Positions 1-9,758 of a DNA stretch of 64,000 bases are shown here, in pieces. The notes under the pieces were generated by a model. That model ran no database searches. It saw only the letters and a program-made list of their open reading frames with translations, and was not told the DNA's origin. Source of the DNA: Thermoplasmatota archaeon (GTDB lineage: Archaea; Thermoplasmatota; JAKEGO01); assembly GCA_028279595.1 (NCBI GenBank), contig JANQNK010000019.1:1-64000 (forward strand). The letters are read 5' to 3'. Position 1 is the first letter of the stretch; each line of letters starts with the position of its first letter. The translations under genes and the position numbers were made by a program.

Positions 1-2339
1 GAGGTCCCCAGGTGCACGGCGTCGCCGTCATCGCCAACGAAGAGCGCCGCCGATCCGTTGTGAACGTAGGCGCCGTCGTTCGGTACGAAGGACAGGTTGG
101 TCCTGAGCGAAGGGATGAGGGTCCCGTTCCAGGGACCTAGGAGTCCGTTGTTCGGAGCAGTGACCGTTATGTTGACCGGCTGTCCGAGGACGGGCGTCTC
201 GCTCAGGGCGATGTCCTGGACGGCGAAGTCGGGTCCCGTATCGCCGTAAAGCACCAGGGAGAAGTTCTGACCGAGGGCGGAGTCGCGTGCGGAGATGGTT
301 ATCGTGTACCATCCAAGGTCGGGCGAATCGAAGTACACGCACTCGACGTTGTTCCTGTCGTCGTAACCGTTGCCGTCATTGTCCCAGTCGGGATCGGCGT
401 TCAGGTCTCCGGTCACGGAGTGCCCATCGTCGAATATATTGCCCTTGTAGGACCTTCCGTCAGGTGCCTCTATCGTCAGGTCGAGGTCGTTTATCAGGGC
501 GACGCTCGCGAGGGCGCTCGCGGGCTCGTCCGACCAGGTGAGGGTGAACCTGAGCTGGTCCGTGCCGATATTGGGCACCGAATACTGCTGTGATTGTCCC
601 GTTGTGAGGGTCGGTCCGGTGGCGACGAAGAGGACCCGCTCGGGGTCGAGGGCCCGGGTCAGGTTCATACGCCCCCAGCCCTCGTGGACGTTCGGGATGG
701 GATCGAGCGCGCCACCATTTCCGTACTGACCCGCCATGTCGTCCGCCGTGGCGATCAGTATCCCCTTGACGAGGGACGCCGGGACGGAGGGGGTCCGCCA
801 TTCGAGGTACTCCCTGAGAATGGCCGTTGCGCCAGATACGACAGGGGCGGCCATGCTGGTCCCACCCGAGTAGAGGTAGTCTGAATCATAGACGCCCCAG
901 AGCGTGTCGCCAGAGACCTGGGACCTGACCGCGACTATGTTGGTCCCGGGAGCAACGATGTCCGGCTTCATCCGGCCGTCGGACGTCATCCCGCGGGAGC
1001 TGAAGGCAGCCATGCCCTCGGTATCGTCCGAGGTCGTGTCGTTCCGGATGGGGTTGGTATCGAAGTCGCCTGCCCACAGATCGTGCCAAGTGTAGTTGGA
1101 GTACCCTCCCTCGGTACGGAGGGTCTCCGACGCACCGATCGCGATGCCGTTCTTCGAGTTTCCGGGTGACAGGATGCTGTTCCTGTCGACGATCCCGTCG
1201 TCGTTGGCGTCGGTGCCGGAGTTCCCGGCGGAGATCACGATGATCATGTCGGGATTGTCGTTCACGAACTTGTCCACGGCCCTGGAGTCAGTGGTGTAAT
1301 CGTTGGTCTCGTAGCCCCACGAGTCGGAATGTATCCGGGCCCCCTGGTCGTATGCGTCCTGCAGTAAAGGATAGAGCGGTGAGACGCCGATGAATCCCTC
1401 GCTGTCGTCTGCGACGGCCTGGAAGTATATCCTGGCTCCGGGTGCCATTCCGGTGATGTTCCCTCCGGAGGCGGCGCCGGATCCGGCAATGGTCCCGGCC
1501 ACATGGGTGCCGTGGGCCGCGTCGTCGTCGGGTCCGTAGGTCGTGAAATCGGTGATCGCGATGACATTGTGACGGAGGTCCGGATGCATGGAGGCGTTGA
1601 TCACGCCGGTATCCAGTCCCGTGTCGGCGACGGCGACTATCTGGCCGGTGCCGTTGAATCCGTAATCATCCGAGATCATGACAGGTTCAACGATGCCACG
1701 GGCGACGTCGACAAGAGGTCTGTTGTCAGGCCAATCCTCGATGTAGAGGACGCTCTGCAGCCCGGCGATAGCGAATGCGCCTTCCGCCGTGACATCGCAT
1801 CGCAGGTACTCCCCGACGATGGCGCTGGTGATGCCGAGCAGTGCGATATCCGATAATGCTTCCATCGGGTCCGTCGGGACCACCCTGATGTCGCTGCCGC
1901 GGGCGAGCTGCTTCATCTCCGCCGTCAATGGAAATAGCCTGTCTATCTCGTCGTGTTCGGGTTCGGTCTCGAGGTCGACTATCCAGGCGGTCTCGGGAAC
2001 CCTCTCGTAGAAGGTCGCGCCCGCTGCCTCCATCTCGGTGATCGGGATGTCGGAGGTCAGCGAGAACTGAACGATGTAAAGGCCGGGACCGAGGTAATCG
2101 ATACCCTCTCCGGGAATCCCCGACCGCAGATGGACAGGGCGTGAATCGGCCCCGACGTCCGTTCGTGGAACGATCGATGGGTTCTGTTCAGAAATGATCT
2201 CCGGACCGATCGTATCGATCGGAGTGGCAGTATCCTCTTCAGGTTCGCCGTCCATGGTGGCGGGCTGCGGGGCATCACCGAGAACAGCGATCGTCGGCAT
2301 GACTAGCAGCGCTAACACCAGGACTGCGATGGATTTCAT
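1..2339 (-). CDS. Secreted subtilisin-like S8 serine protease (KP-43-like); 3' end lies beyond the window
   Basis: Read by hand on the minus strand from ATG at 2339: signal peptide MKSIAVLVLALLVMP, catalytic motifs GQIVAVADTGLD, HGTHVAGTIAG and GTSMAAP. Not in the ORF track, presumably because it has no stop in the window. Confidence 0.9.
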   Translation of the reverse strand, partial: MKSIAVLVLALLVMPTIAVLGDAPQPATMDGEPEEDTATPIDTIGPEIISEQNPSIVPRTDVGADSRPVHLRSGIPGEGIDYLGPGLYIVQFSLTSDIPITEMEAAGATFYERVPETAWIVDLETEPEHDEIDRLFPLTAEMKQLARGSDIRVVPTDPMEALSDIALLGITSAIVGEYLRCDVTAEGAFAIAGLQSVLYIEDWPDNRPLVDVARGIVEPVMISDDYGFNGTGQIVAVADTGLDTGVINASMHPDLRHNVIAITDFTTYGPDDDAAHGTHVAGTIAGSGAASGGNITGMAPGARIYFQAVADDSEGFIGVSPLYPLLQDAYDQGARIHSDSWGYETNDYTTDSRAVDKFVNDNPDMIIVISAGNSGTDANDDGIVDRNSILSPGNSKNGIAIGASETLRTEGGYSNYTWHDLWAGDFDTNPIRNDTTSDDTEGMAAFSSRGMTSDGRMKPDIVAPGTNIVAVRSQVSGDTLWGVYDSDYLYSGGTSMAAPVVSGATAILREYLEWRTPSVPASLVKGILIATADDMAGQYGNGGALDPIPNVHEGWGRMNLTRALDPERVLFVATGPTLTTGQSQQYSVPNIGTDQLRFTLTWSDEPASALASVALINDLDLTIEAPDGRSYKGNIFDDGHSVTGDLNADPDWDNDGNGYDDRNNVECVYFDSPDLGWYTITISARDSALGQNFSLVLYGDTGPDFAVQDIALSETPVLGQPVNITVTAPNNGLLGPWNGTLIPSLRTNLSFVPNDGAYVHNGSAALFVGDDGDAVHLGT

Positions 2340-2559
2340 CGGCAACCCTAGGAACGAGTCCGATTTATAATTTGTCACACACCTGTTACAATCGTAATGG
2401 AAAACCAATCGGCAAAGACGACGCCCCTATCCTAGTCCTAGCGAGGTGCGTTGTCCCCTGACCTCAGCGGGGACGAGCGCCTCTTTCAGACGTTGTAAAT
2501 GACTTTCATCATCCTCTCCCGGCAATTGATTTTAATAGACCGAGGCCGTTCACGGAAAG

Positions 2560-3672
2560 GTGAAGATATTACACATGTCGGACTCCCACCTTGGGTTCCG
2601 TCAGTTCACGAGGATCGCCCCGGCAGGGGACGAGTACGCTGGTCTGAACCAGCGCGAGGTCGACACCTACAGGGCGTTCCACTGGGCAGTGGACACGGCC
2701 ATCGACAGTAAGGTGGACCTGGTCGTCCACTCGGGCGACATGTTCGACTCCCCGAGGCCGACGAACAGGGCGCTTGTCGAGGCCATTTCCGGTATCAAAC
2801 GACTTGGAGAGGCCGGGGTCCCGTTCGCCGTTATCGCTGGCAACCATTCCACACCCAGACTGCGCCGCACAGGCAGCGTCTTCAGGGTGCTCGAGCAGCT
2901 GACCAACGTCCACGCCGTGTACAGTTCGTATGAGAAGGTCCTCATTGGGGACGTGGCCTTCCATGGGGTACCCCACACGTTCGACGGGGACAGGAGGGAC
3001 GAGTCGATGGCGTCCCTCGTCACCGACGGGGATGCGAGGTACAACATCGCCGCCATCCACTGCGCCGTCTCCGGCGTGGAGAACCATTATGCGGAGATAT
3101 CCCAGATGAAGGTGGACGACACCGAGATCCCCAAGGATTTCGACTATGTCGCGCTAGGCCATCTGCACCAGCACCATGTCATTCGAAAGAACGTGGTTTA
3201 TTCCGGCTCCCTCGAGAGGTTCAGCTTCGCGGAGGCAAAGGACCCGAAGGGTGCTGTGCTGGTCGACCTGGACAATGGCGATTGGGAGTTCATCGAGAGG
3301 CAGGGCCGGAGGATGGACTACGTCAAGGTCGACTGCACCCGCCGCGGGTACGAGGACATCGAGAGGGACGTCGGCAAGGCCATCGATGGTGCACCGGATG
3401 GAGCGTTGCTCAAGATCAAACTCGTGGACATCGCTCGGGACGAGTTCCGCAGCATGGACCTCAGGAAGCTCCGCTCGTCCGGCGAGCGGCTGCTGCATCT
3501 CGATATCTCGCACGAGCTGGCGGAGTCGTCGGTTGGGGCCCCGCGCGGTGAGAGGATCGGGGACCTGGCCTCGGAGTTCGAGGCCTATCTCAGGGACACG
3601 CCGGTGGAGAACGTGAACAAGGACGCGGTCCTCTCCCTGGGACTGAACATCCTGGAGGAGGTGCGGCGTTGA
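2560..3672 (+). CDS. mre11: DNA double-strand break repair nuclease Mre11/SbcD
   Basis: Metallophosphoesterase motifs SDSHLG, GDMFD, GNHS and LGHLH; overlaps rad50 by 4 nt. Confidence 0.93.
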   Translation: MKILHMSDSHLGFRQFTRIAPAGDEYAGLNQREVDTYRAFHWAVDTAIDSKVDLVVHSGDMFDSPRPTNRALVEAISGIKRLGEAGVPFAVIAGNHSTPRLRRTGSVFRVLEQLTNVHAVYSSYEKVLIGDVAFHGVPHTFDGDRRDESMASLVTDGDARYNIAAIHCAVSGVENHYAEISQMKVDDTEIPKDFDYVALGHLHQHHVIRKNVVYSGSLERFSFAEAKDPKGAVLVDLDNGDWEFIERQGRRMDYVKVDCTRRGYEDIERDVGKAIDGAPDGALLKIKLVDIARDEFRSMDLRKLRSSGERLLHLDISHELAESSVGAPRGERIGDLASEFEAYLRDTPVENVNKDAVLSLGLNILEEVRR

Positions 3673-6077
3673 GGCTCGTCTCGCTCACGCTCCAGAACTT
3701 CCGGCGGTTCAGGAACGCAGAGGTCCACTTCCCCGAAGGCATCATAGGTATCATCGGCGAGAACGGCTCGGGAAAGAGCACTCTCATCGAGGCGATCGCC
3801 TTCGCCCTGTACGGTTCGCCCGCCCTGAAGCACAGGGGCGGGAAGGAGAACGTCAGGACCTCCTCGGCGTCGAGCGCGGAACCGTGCTCCGTCACCCTGA
3901 AGTTCGATTTCAATGGGCACAACTACGAGATAATGCGGGAGCTGAAGGGTGTCAACCTCCTTCAGCAGGCCAGGCTGATCGTCGACGGGATGGTGATCGC
4001 AGACTCGTCCAAGGCCGTGGACGCCAGGATCGAGGAGGACCTCAACATGAGGTACGAGCCCTTCAGGATCTCGGTCTACGCCATGCAGAAGGAGACCGAC
4101 CGGCTCATCGAGAGCATCCCCAGCAAGAGGAAGGAGCTGGTCATGAGGCTCATGGGCCTGGAGGACATCGACAGGGCCATCGCGAAGGCCCGCGAGAGGA
4201 CGACGGAGCTCCGCTCGACCGTGTCCGCCCGGAAGGGGGACCTCGAGAGGAAGCCGGAGATCGAGGCCCAGCGGAAGGAGAGAAGGAAGGAACTCTCGTC
4301 TGCCAGAAAGAACCTCGTTGGTCTCGAGTCGTCCATGGCGGAGGCACGCGAGACCGTGGAGAGGCTCGAGGTGGACCTCGAGAAGGTCGAGGAGCGTGAG
4401 CGCGAGGTGGCCGAGATCGAGCGCCGCAGGACGGCGGCCGCTGGGGAGCTGAAGGCTGCGAAGGACGCTCTTGCGAGGATCGGGAAGGACCTCGAGACCA
4501 TCGCCGGACTTGAGGATTCGATCCCGGACCTCAAGGCGAGGACGGAGGGCCTGGCCGAGATCGAGGAACGTATGAAGGAGCTCGCCCGCCTCGACGAGGT
4601 GAGGAAGCGCGCCGAGAGGGTCAAGCGCGACATCGAGACCCGGGGAGAGGAGGTCGAGAGGATCTCGTCGCGACTCGAGGGCCGACCCGACATGGCAGGT
4701 TACGATGAACTGATCACCAAGATAGAGGATGCGATATGGACCTCCGAGAAGGAGCTCGAGACGGCCGAGGAGGAGGAGCGGAAGACTAACCGGTCTCTCG
4801 GGTCCGCAAGGACGGATGCGGAGTCCGCGAAGAAGGACATCGCGGTCGTCAGGACCCGCCTTGACGAGCTCGAGGAGAAGGGCCCGGACAGTGTCTGCCC
4901 CGAGTGCGAACGCCCGCTCGAGGACCACTACGACGTCCTCATGGGACGTTACAGGGACATAATGGCCGAGGCCGAGAACCTCCACGGAAAGGCGGGGGAG
5001 GTCGTTGCCGAGAGGGAATCCGTCCTGAGGGACATCTCAACGCGGATAGCCGGTCTGAAGGATACGATCGAGAGGGCCCGGAAGGAGCTCGAGGACAGGC
5101 GGTCCGCAAGGAAGGAGACCGAGGGCTTCATTGAAAGGCGAAAAGGTCTGGTATCGGAGATCGACGGACTCGAGGCGGAGCTCAAGGCCATCGGTGAGTC
5201 CGAGATCGATCCCGCGGAAGCAGAGGAACTCGGAAAGAGGCTGGACGCCATCCGGAAGGCGAGGGACGAGCTCGTCAGGACCGAGCAGGAGGTCTCCAGG
5301 AAGGGCGGGCTCGTGGACGAGGAGGCAGTGGAGCTCAAGAGGAAACGCTCCGCAGAGAGGGAGATCGCGTCCCTTGAGATGAAGGTCAAGGACATGGGAT
5401 TCTCGCGCGAGGACATGGAGCGCGTCCGGGACGAGGTGCGCTCAGCGAGGAAGGTCCAGTCCGTACGGGAGAAGGAGTTCTACGAGAGACGAGCCGATGT
5501 GGCGCGGCTCGAGGAATCGCTCGTGTCCATCGACAGGGAGATTGAGAACCTGGTGAAGCGTGCCGAGGAGATCGCCGCGGTGCGCAGGGACATCAACCTC
5601 CACGAGACCCTGAGGGAACTGCTTCGTGGTTTCCGCACCCACATGATAGGCAAGGTCAGGGGCGACCTGATGGACCTGTCCTCGGAATGGCTATCGCGGT
5701 TCACCGACGGACGTTACTCGTCCATAGAGATCGACGGCGATTACAACGTCTCGATCGTGGAGGGACGCGAGAGGTACGATGTGAGCAGATATTCGGGCGG
5801 CGAGGTCGACGCCATCAGCCTGAGCCTGCGGATGGCCATCAGCGGTATACTCACGAGGCGCAGCGGTGCGCCTATAAACATGGTCGTTCTGGACGAGGTC
5901 TTCGGAAGCCAGGACGAGTCCAGACGGAGAGCGATACTGACATCGCTGAGCAGGATGAAAGGCGAGTTCGGCCAGATCGTCCTCATCAGTCACGTAGGTG
6001 AGATAAGGGACAGTCTGGAGCATGTGTTCTCTGTAGAGACAATGGACGACGGATCGAGCGTGGTCGTCGAGGCGTGA
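3669..6077 (+). CDS. rad50: Rad50/SbcC SMC-like ATPase
   Basis: Walker A GENGSGKS, long coiled coil with CPEC zinc hook, signature YSGGE, Walker B VVLDEVFGSQD. Confidence 0.93.
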   Translation: MRLVSLTLQNFRRFRNAEVHFPEGIIGIIGENGSGKSTLIEAIAFALYGSPALKHRGGKENVRTSSASSAEPCSVTLKFDFNGHNYEIMRELKGVNLLQQARLIVDGMVIADSSKAVDARIEEDLNMRYEPFRISVYAMQKETDRLIESIPSKRKELVMRLMGLEDIDRAIAKARERTTELRSTVSARKGDLERKPEIEAQRKERRKELSSARKNLVGLESSMAEARETVERLEVDLEKVEEREREVAEIERRRTAAAGELKAAKDALARIGKDLETIAGLEDSIPDLKARTEGLAEIEERMKELARLDEVRKRAERVKRDIETRGEEVERISSRLEGRPDMAGYDELITKIEDAIWTSEKELETAEEEERKTNRSLGSARTDAESAKKDIAVVRTRLDELEEKGPDSVCPECERPLEDHYDVLMGRYRDIMAEAENLHGKAGEVVAERESVLRDISTRIAGLKDTIERARKELEDRRSARKETEGFIERRKGLVSEIDGLEAELKAIGESEIDPAEAEELGKRLDAIRKARDELVRTEQEVSRKGGLVDEEAVELKRKRSAEREIASLEMKVKDMGFSREDMERVRDEVRSARKVQSVREKEFYERRADVARLEESLVSIDREIENLVKRAEEIAAVRRDINLHETLRELLRGFRTHMIGKVRGDLMDLSSEWLSRFTDGRYSSIEIDGDYNVSIVEGRERYDVSRYSGGEVDAISLSLRMAISGILTRRSGAPINMVVLDEVFGSQDESRRRAILTSLSRMKGEFGQIVLISHVGEIRDSLEHVFSVETMDDGSSVVVEA

Positions 6078-6081
6078 ACGA

Positions 6082-6879
6082 CTATTCCCCTTCCTTTGGG
6101 GGTTCTGTCGGCGGGTCCTTGGGCCTTCCCTCGGGTCCCGAAGGCTTCTTCTTGACCACCCTCTTCACGGGCCGCTTCCTCGCGGTCGGCCTCGAGGACC
6201 TGGGCGGCCCCGATCGGCGCACAGGCGCCTGCCGCCTGGGTCTCGGTTCGGCTGGCTCCTCGTAAGGCATGTCCCATGGATACTGTGAGTACGGATCGGG
6301 CCCGTAGGGATCACCGTATTGCGGATAATCGGGTGGTCCGTAGTGCTGGGGCGGAGGCGGACCATAGCCGTACCTGTCCCCGCGCGGCGGAGGGTACCTC
6401 GGATATCTCCCGTACTCGGGCTGGCCGCTCTTGGTCAGGAGGATCAGCGCTATCAGCGAGAGCAGGCTGGATAGAAGCATCGGACCGAACGAGACGATCC
6501 CGAAGACCGCCATCAGCTTCACTATCCCGGGCTTGCCTCCCATGAGGTGGAGGAACCCGCCCATGAGCGGGAACAGGGCCAGGATCATGTAGACCACGGC
6601 GGTGTAGGTGATTATCTCGCCCGAGGCGTCGAAGCCCCAGTCGTCGAGCATTCTGGCAAGTTGGTCCCTCTGCATCAGGAGCACGATCCCGTTCATGACA
6701 CCCAGGAGTCCTGCTAGCAGCAGGAGGGATCCTGGCAGTGTGCTCCGCGGTTCCGGCTCGCCGTACCCATAGGGCGATCTATAGCCGGGATCCGGGCGAC
6801 GTCTCTCCTCGCCGTACCATGGCGGAGGGTAAGGACTATCGTACGGAGGTTCATACATCGAACATTCATACGGTCCCAT
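6082..6879 (-). CDS. Hypothetical membrane protein with Pro/Tyr/Gly-rich low-complexity tails
   Basis: Three hydrophobic segments, PY-rich repeats and a basic C-terminus. Confidence 0.7.
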   Translation of the reverse strand: MGPYECSMYEPPYDSPYPPPWYGEERRRPDPGYRSPYGYGEPEPRSTLPGSLLLLAGLLGVMNGIVLLMQRDQLARMLDDWGFDASGEIITYTAVVYMILALFPLMGGFLHLMGGKPGIVKLMAVFGIVSFGPMLLSSLLSLIALILLTKSGQPEYGRYPRYPPPRGDRYGYGPPPPQHYGPPDYPQYGDPYGPDPYSQYPWDMPYEEPAEPRPRRQAPVRRSGPPRSSRPTARKRPVKRVVKKKPSGPEGRPKDPPTEPPKEGE

Positions 6880-7002
6880 CGTTAAAAGGGTTTTCGAGTG
6901 GGAAAGGGGCGATGATCATCGGGACCGGAGCCCTGAGAACACTTTCACTTTCACCCCACCCCTCGCTCGTAGTATATAAAGAAAGACGCGTTTCTTCCAC
7001 CG

Positions 7003-7233
7003 ATGAGAAGCGTTGACCCGATAACGATGCACGATCACATAAACGGCCTCGGCCTGTGGATCGTGACGCAACTGTCCCGACCCGTGGACCATGACGAGTT
7101 CCTGGTCCGTGCGAGGAGGGCCTTCCCCGAGGTCTCCCGCGAGACCTTCGAGCGGTCGTACGATGTCTTCATGGAGACGACATACAGGACCGACATTCAC
7201 GATGATACCATCCCAGTTCATGCGGTAGCGTGA
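7003..7233 (+). CDS. Small hypothetical protein
   Basis: 76-aa ORF about 25 nt after a TATATAAA box (leaderless archaeal arrangement), followed by a G/C hairpin and T-run. Confidence 0.55.
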   Translation: MRSVDPITMHDHINGLGLWIVTQLSRPVDHDEFLVRARRAFPEVSRETFERSYDVFMETTYRTDIHDDTIPVHAVA

Positions 7234-7342
7234 GCACACCATCCCATCTGTTGGGGGGGACTTCCTCACTGACCCCCCCACTTCTATTTTTTCCCATGGT
7301 GCGATTCTTATATACTGGTGAACATTCTGCCATTGCCTTACT

Positions 7343-7417
7343 GGGCCCGTAGGGTAGCTTGGCCGATCCTCGTGGCTTTGGGAGCCATGGACTCCGGTTC
7401 AAATCCGGGCGGGCCCA
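7343..7417 (+). tRNA. tRNA-Pro(UGG), integration target
   Basis: Acceptor stem GGGCCCG/CGGGCCC-A, anticodon arm GTGGC-TTTGGGA-GCCAT, T-loop TTCAAAT, upstream TTATATA box. Confidence 0.95.
7400..7417 (+). repeat. attL core CAAATCCGGGCGGGCCCA
   Basis: Identical to 21930-21947. Confidence 0.93.
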
Positions 7418-7425
7418 CTTCCTCT

Positions 7426-8418
7426 CTAGCGTCCGTTTTCGGCACTTTCAGAGACATTTCTGCCATTATCAATCACCTCGTTGTTTATATGAGATTGTTG
7501 GGGACCCAAAGACGACAAAGCATCAGTCACCTTTGCGAGCCCATTTTGAACGTCATCAAAGTTGATTCCAAGGTACCGAATCGTCGTTTCGGTATTGGAA
7601 TGACCTAGAGCATAACTCACTGTAGCAACGTTCTTCGTTTCGTCGTACATTAGACGACCGAAGGTTCTACGGAGATCATGAGCGCTGAAATCGAAACCAC
7701 ATCGTTTCGAGATTCGTTTAATAATCAAATCAATTGAAGATCGTTTGTAACCTTTCAACTGATTCTTAGACCGATAGATTATCAATTGACCAGAATCCTC
7801 AATACCCATTCCGGGATGAGTTGCTTCAATCAATTGTTTTTGAAGGTCTCGATATTGAAAATATATTTTGAATGTTTCCTTGGTCCAAGGATTAAAAGGA
7901 ATATCACGTTCTTTTCCATCACGGTATCCCTTACCGCGTACACGAATACGATTCCTGTTCATATCGATGTCGTCGATACGAAGTCGAAGAACATCAACAC
8001 GACGAAGTCCTAGAAGAACCATAAGGTGAACTACCATACGTTCAGTTGGAACTTGTGATTCTCTAAGTAAGGTTTTAACTTGGGGTGTTGTCAACCATCG
8101 ACCAACATGTTGATGTTTCGGAATCAGTATCTTATATTTTTGAAGTACATCATTTCCAAGGAACTTCAAATAGATCTTCAAAACGCGATGATGCCAATTC
8201 ACACGGCCGTGCGCATCAAGAACAGCACCAACATCTTCAATGGTCCATGATTGTGGTAATGATAAGTTTAGTTTGTCTGAAGCTTCAAGCAATCGATGAA
8301 TTACAGTTTCATATTCGTGTATTGTTGTCTCGGCAACTCCCTTTGCGCGTAGCTCTCGTTGCCACCGTTCTACATCGCTCCAACCCGACAGATTCATTGG
8401 GACCACTTCAACGGGCAT
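7426..8418 (-). CDS. int: Tyrosine recombinase/integrase
   Basis: Catalytic residues in LGLRR (R), RGKG (K), HDLRR (HxxR), LGHS (H) and TIRY (Y); ends 8 nt from attL. Confidence 0.95.
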   Translation of the reverse strand: MPVEVVPMNLSGWSDVERWQRELRAKGVAETTIHEYETVIHRLLEASDKLNLSLPQSWTIEDVGAVLDAHGRVNWHHRVLKIYLKFLGNDVLQKYKILIPKHQHVGRWLTTPQVKTLLRESQVPTERMVVHLMVLLGLRRVDVLRLRIDDIDMNRNRIRVRGKGYRDGKERDIPFNPWTKETFKIYFQYRDLQKQLIEATHPGMGIEDSGQLIIYRSKNQLKGYKRSSIDLIIKRISKRCGFDFSAHDLRRTFGRLMYDETKNVATVSYALGHSNTETTIRYLGINFDDVQNGLAKVTDALSSLGPQQSHINNEVIDNGRNVSESAENGR

Positions 8419-8453
8419 CTATATTCAGCAATCCATTATCACTATATATATGT

Positions 8454-8485
8454 TCCTGTTTTCGTTATATTTAACGATAATAGGA
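8454..8485. promoter_or_regulatory. Imperfect palindrome between the divergent int and RHH genes (candidate operator)
   Basis: TCCTGTT-T-TCGTTA-TATT-TAACGA-T-AATAGGA, lying among TATA-like tracts. Confidence 0.45.
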
Positions 8486-8522
8486 CAACATATTACATAT
8501 TCTACTACACTGATATCGACAT

Positions 8523-8693
8523 ATGCCCCGATATCAAGGTGTAAGTATCCCAGTTAATCTGCTTGAACAAATAGACCTATTTCTCAAACTTTATCCTCAA
8601 GCGGGATATTCAAACCGCGCTGATTTCATGAGATCAGCCATTCGCCACCACCTCCTCGAACTTCAAAACCGATATAAAGATGACGATAAGTGA
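8523..8693 (+). CDS. Ribbon-helix-helix (CopG/NikR-like) regulator, 56 aa
   Basis: Manual translation MPRYQGVSIPVNLLEQIDLFLKLYPQAGYSNRADFMRSAIRHHLLELQNRYKDDDK; classic RHH pattern (VSIP..L...ID...GY.NR..F.R.AIR). Confidence 0.85.
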   Translation: MPRYQGVSIPVNLLEQIDLFLKLYPQAGYSNRADFMRSAIRHHLLELQNRYKDDDK

Positions 8694-8725
8694 TTCCTGA
8701 CCTATTTTTTACATATTTTTAACTA

Positions 8726-9397
8726 ATGACTACGGTATTCTACTGTATGAACAAGCGACAGCCATTAATATTCTTCAGCCATCATCATTCCGAGGCAACA
8801 TTATTAACCCCAGTAGTTAATATTCTTGAATTATATGGATTCAATTGCTTTCTTGCTCATCTTCATATTAGCCCTTCAAAAAACTGGAAGCACACAATCC
8901 TAGAAAATTTGAAAAACTGTGATTTTTTTATCCCATTCCTCTCAAACGAATTCAAATCATCTCCATGGTGTGATCAAGAATCAGGGATCGCTTATGAAAA
9001 AAATAAAGTCATTATCCCGATTATTGTCACGCTCGAACCATACGGTTTTCTATATGAAATTCAAGGAATTTCCTATAAATCAAATCAAGCAAATTTACCA
9101 AACGCTATTCTTGATGCAATTGAAACCGGATCATTTTCCCTTCGTTTTCATCTCATTCAACACCTAAAATTTAGTGATTCTTTTCAACAATCTAATCTCA
9201 TAATATCACGTATTCGTAAATATTCAAGATTTAGTATAACCGAATTAGAATCAATTTTGAATGCAATATTTAAAAACCAACAAGTCAACGAAGCATTCGA
9301 AACAAAAAAACTAATTAAGAAAATCATCGTTCAGAATTCACACGACATTTCCGAATATCAAAAAAACAAACTCCTAAATATTGAAAAATCAATCTAA
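8726..9397 (+). CDS. TIR-domain protein (putative NADase or signal-producing enzyme)
   Basis: IFFSH...GFNCFLAH..I.....W...I...L..CDFFIPFLS..F..SPWCDQE.G.A; putative catalytic Glu retained; helical C-terminal extension. Confidence 0.88.
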   Translation: MTTVFYCMNKRQPLIFFSHHHSEATLLTPVVNILELYGFNCFLAHLHISPSKNWKHTILENLKNCDFFIPFLSNEFKSSPWCDQESGIAYEKNKVIIPIIVTLEPYGFLYEIQGISYKSNQANLPNAILDAIETGSFSLRFHLIQHLKFSDSFQQSNLIISRIRKYSRFSITELESILNAIFKNQQVNEAFETKKLIKKIIVQNSHDISEYQKNKLLNIEKSI

Positions 9398-9508
9398 TAA
9401 TCAACTCCATCTTACATTCAAACATATATTCACAGCTTTAAATAACAAGCAAATCCCGTCTAATTCAAATATTCAATTCAGGTACCTCGAGGACTCCTTT
9501 AAATTATA

Positions 9509-9667
9509 TCACATCACTTCTTTGAAGGACGTGAATTGATCACTGCCGCAGTCAGGACAACCGTTCTGGCGATGCTGACAAAGATAACAGATTACGGTAC
9601 CGCATTTTACACAACGGACGTAACTTGCATAGTAACTTGAAACGTTGCAGCTAGTACATCTTACCAT
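9509..9667 (-). CDS. Small zinc-finger protein with 4 CxxC motifs, 52 aa
   Basis: Manual translation MVRCTSCNVSSYYASYVRCVKCGTVICYLCQHRQNGCPDCGSDQFTSFKEVM. Confidence 0.7.
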   Translation of the reverse strand: MVRCTSCNVSSYYASYVRCVKCGTVICYLCQHRQNGCPDCGSDQFTSFKEVM

Positions 9668-9758
9668 CAGTTCACGAAGCGTCAATGAGAATTGGTCATA
9701 TCTCGATTATGACCTTTTTTTTACGCACGTTTTTACTAGTTGAGGAAATCAGTCAATT

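Noticed and set aside
28-2278. Many short ORFs in the ORF track
   Set aside because: All overlap the S8 protease frame that runs off the window edge.
3585-4985. 466-aa minus-strand ORF
   Set aside because: Antisense shadow of rad50.
7426-8418. SSV1-type integrase split by att
   Set aside because: The integrase ORF is complete and stops before attL; only the overlapping small ORF crosses att.
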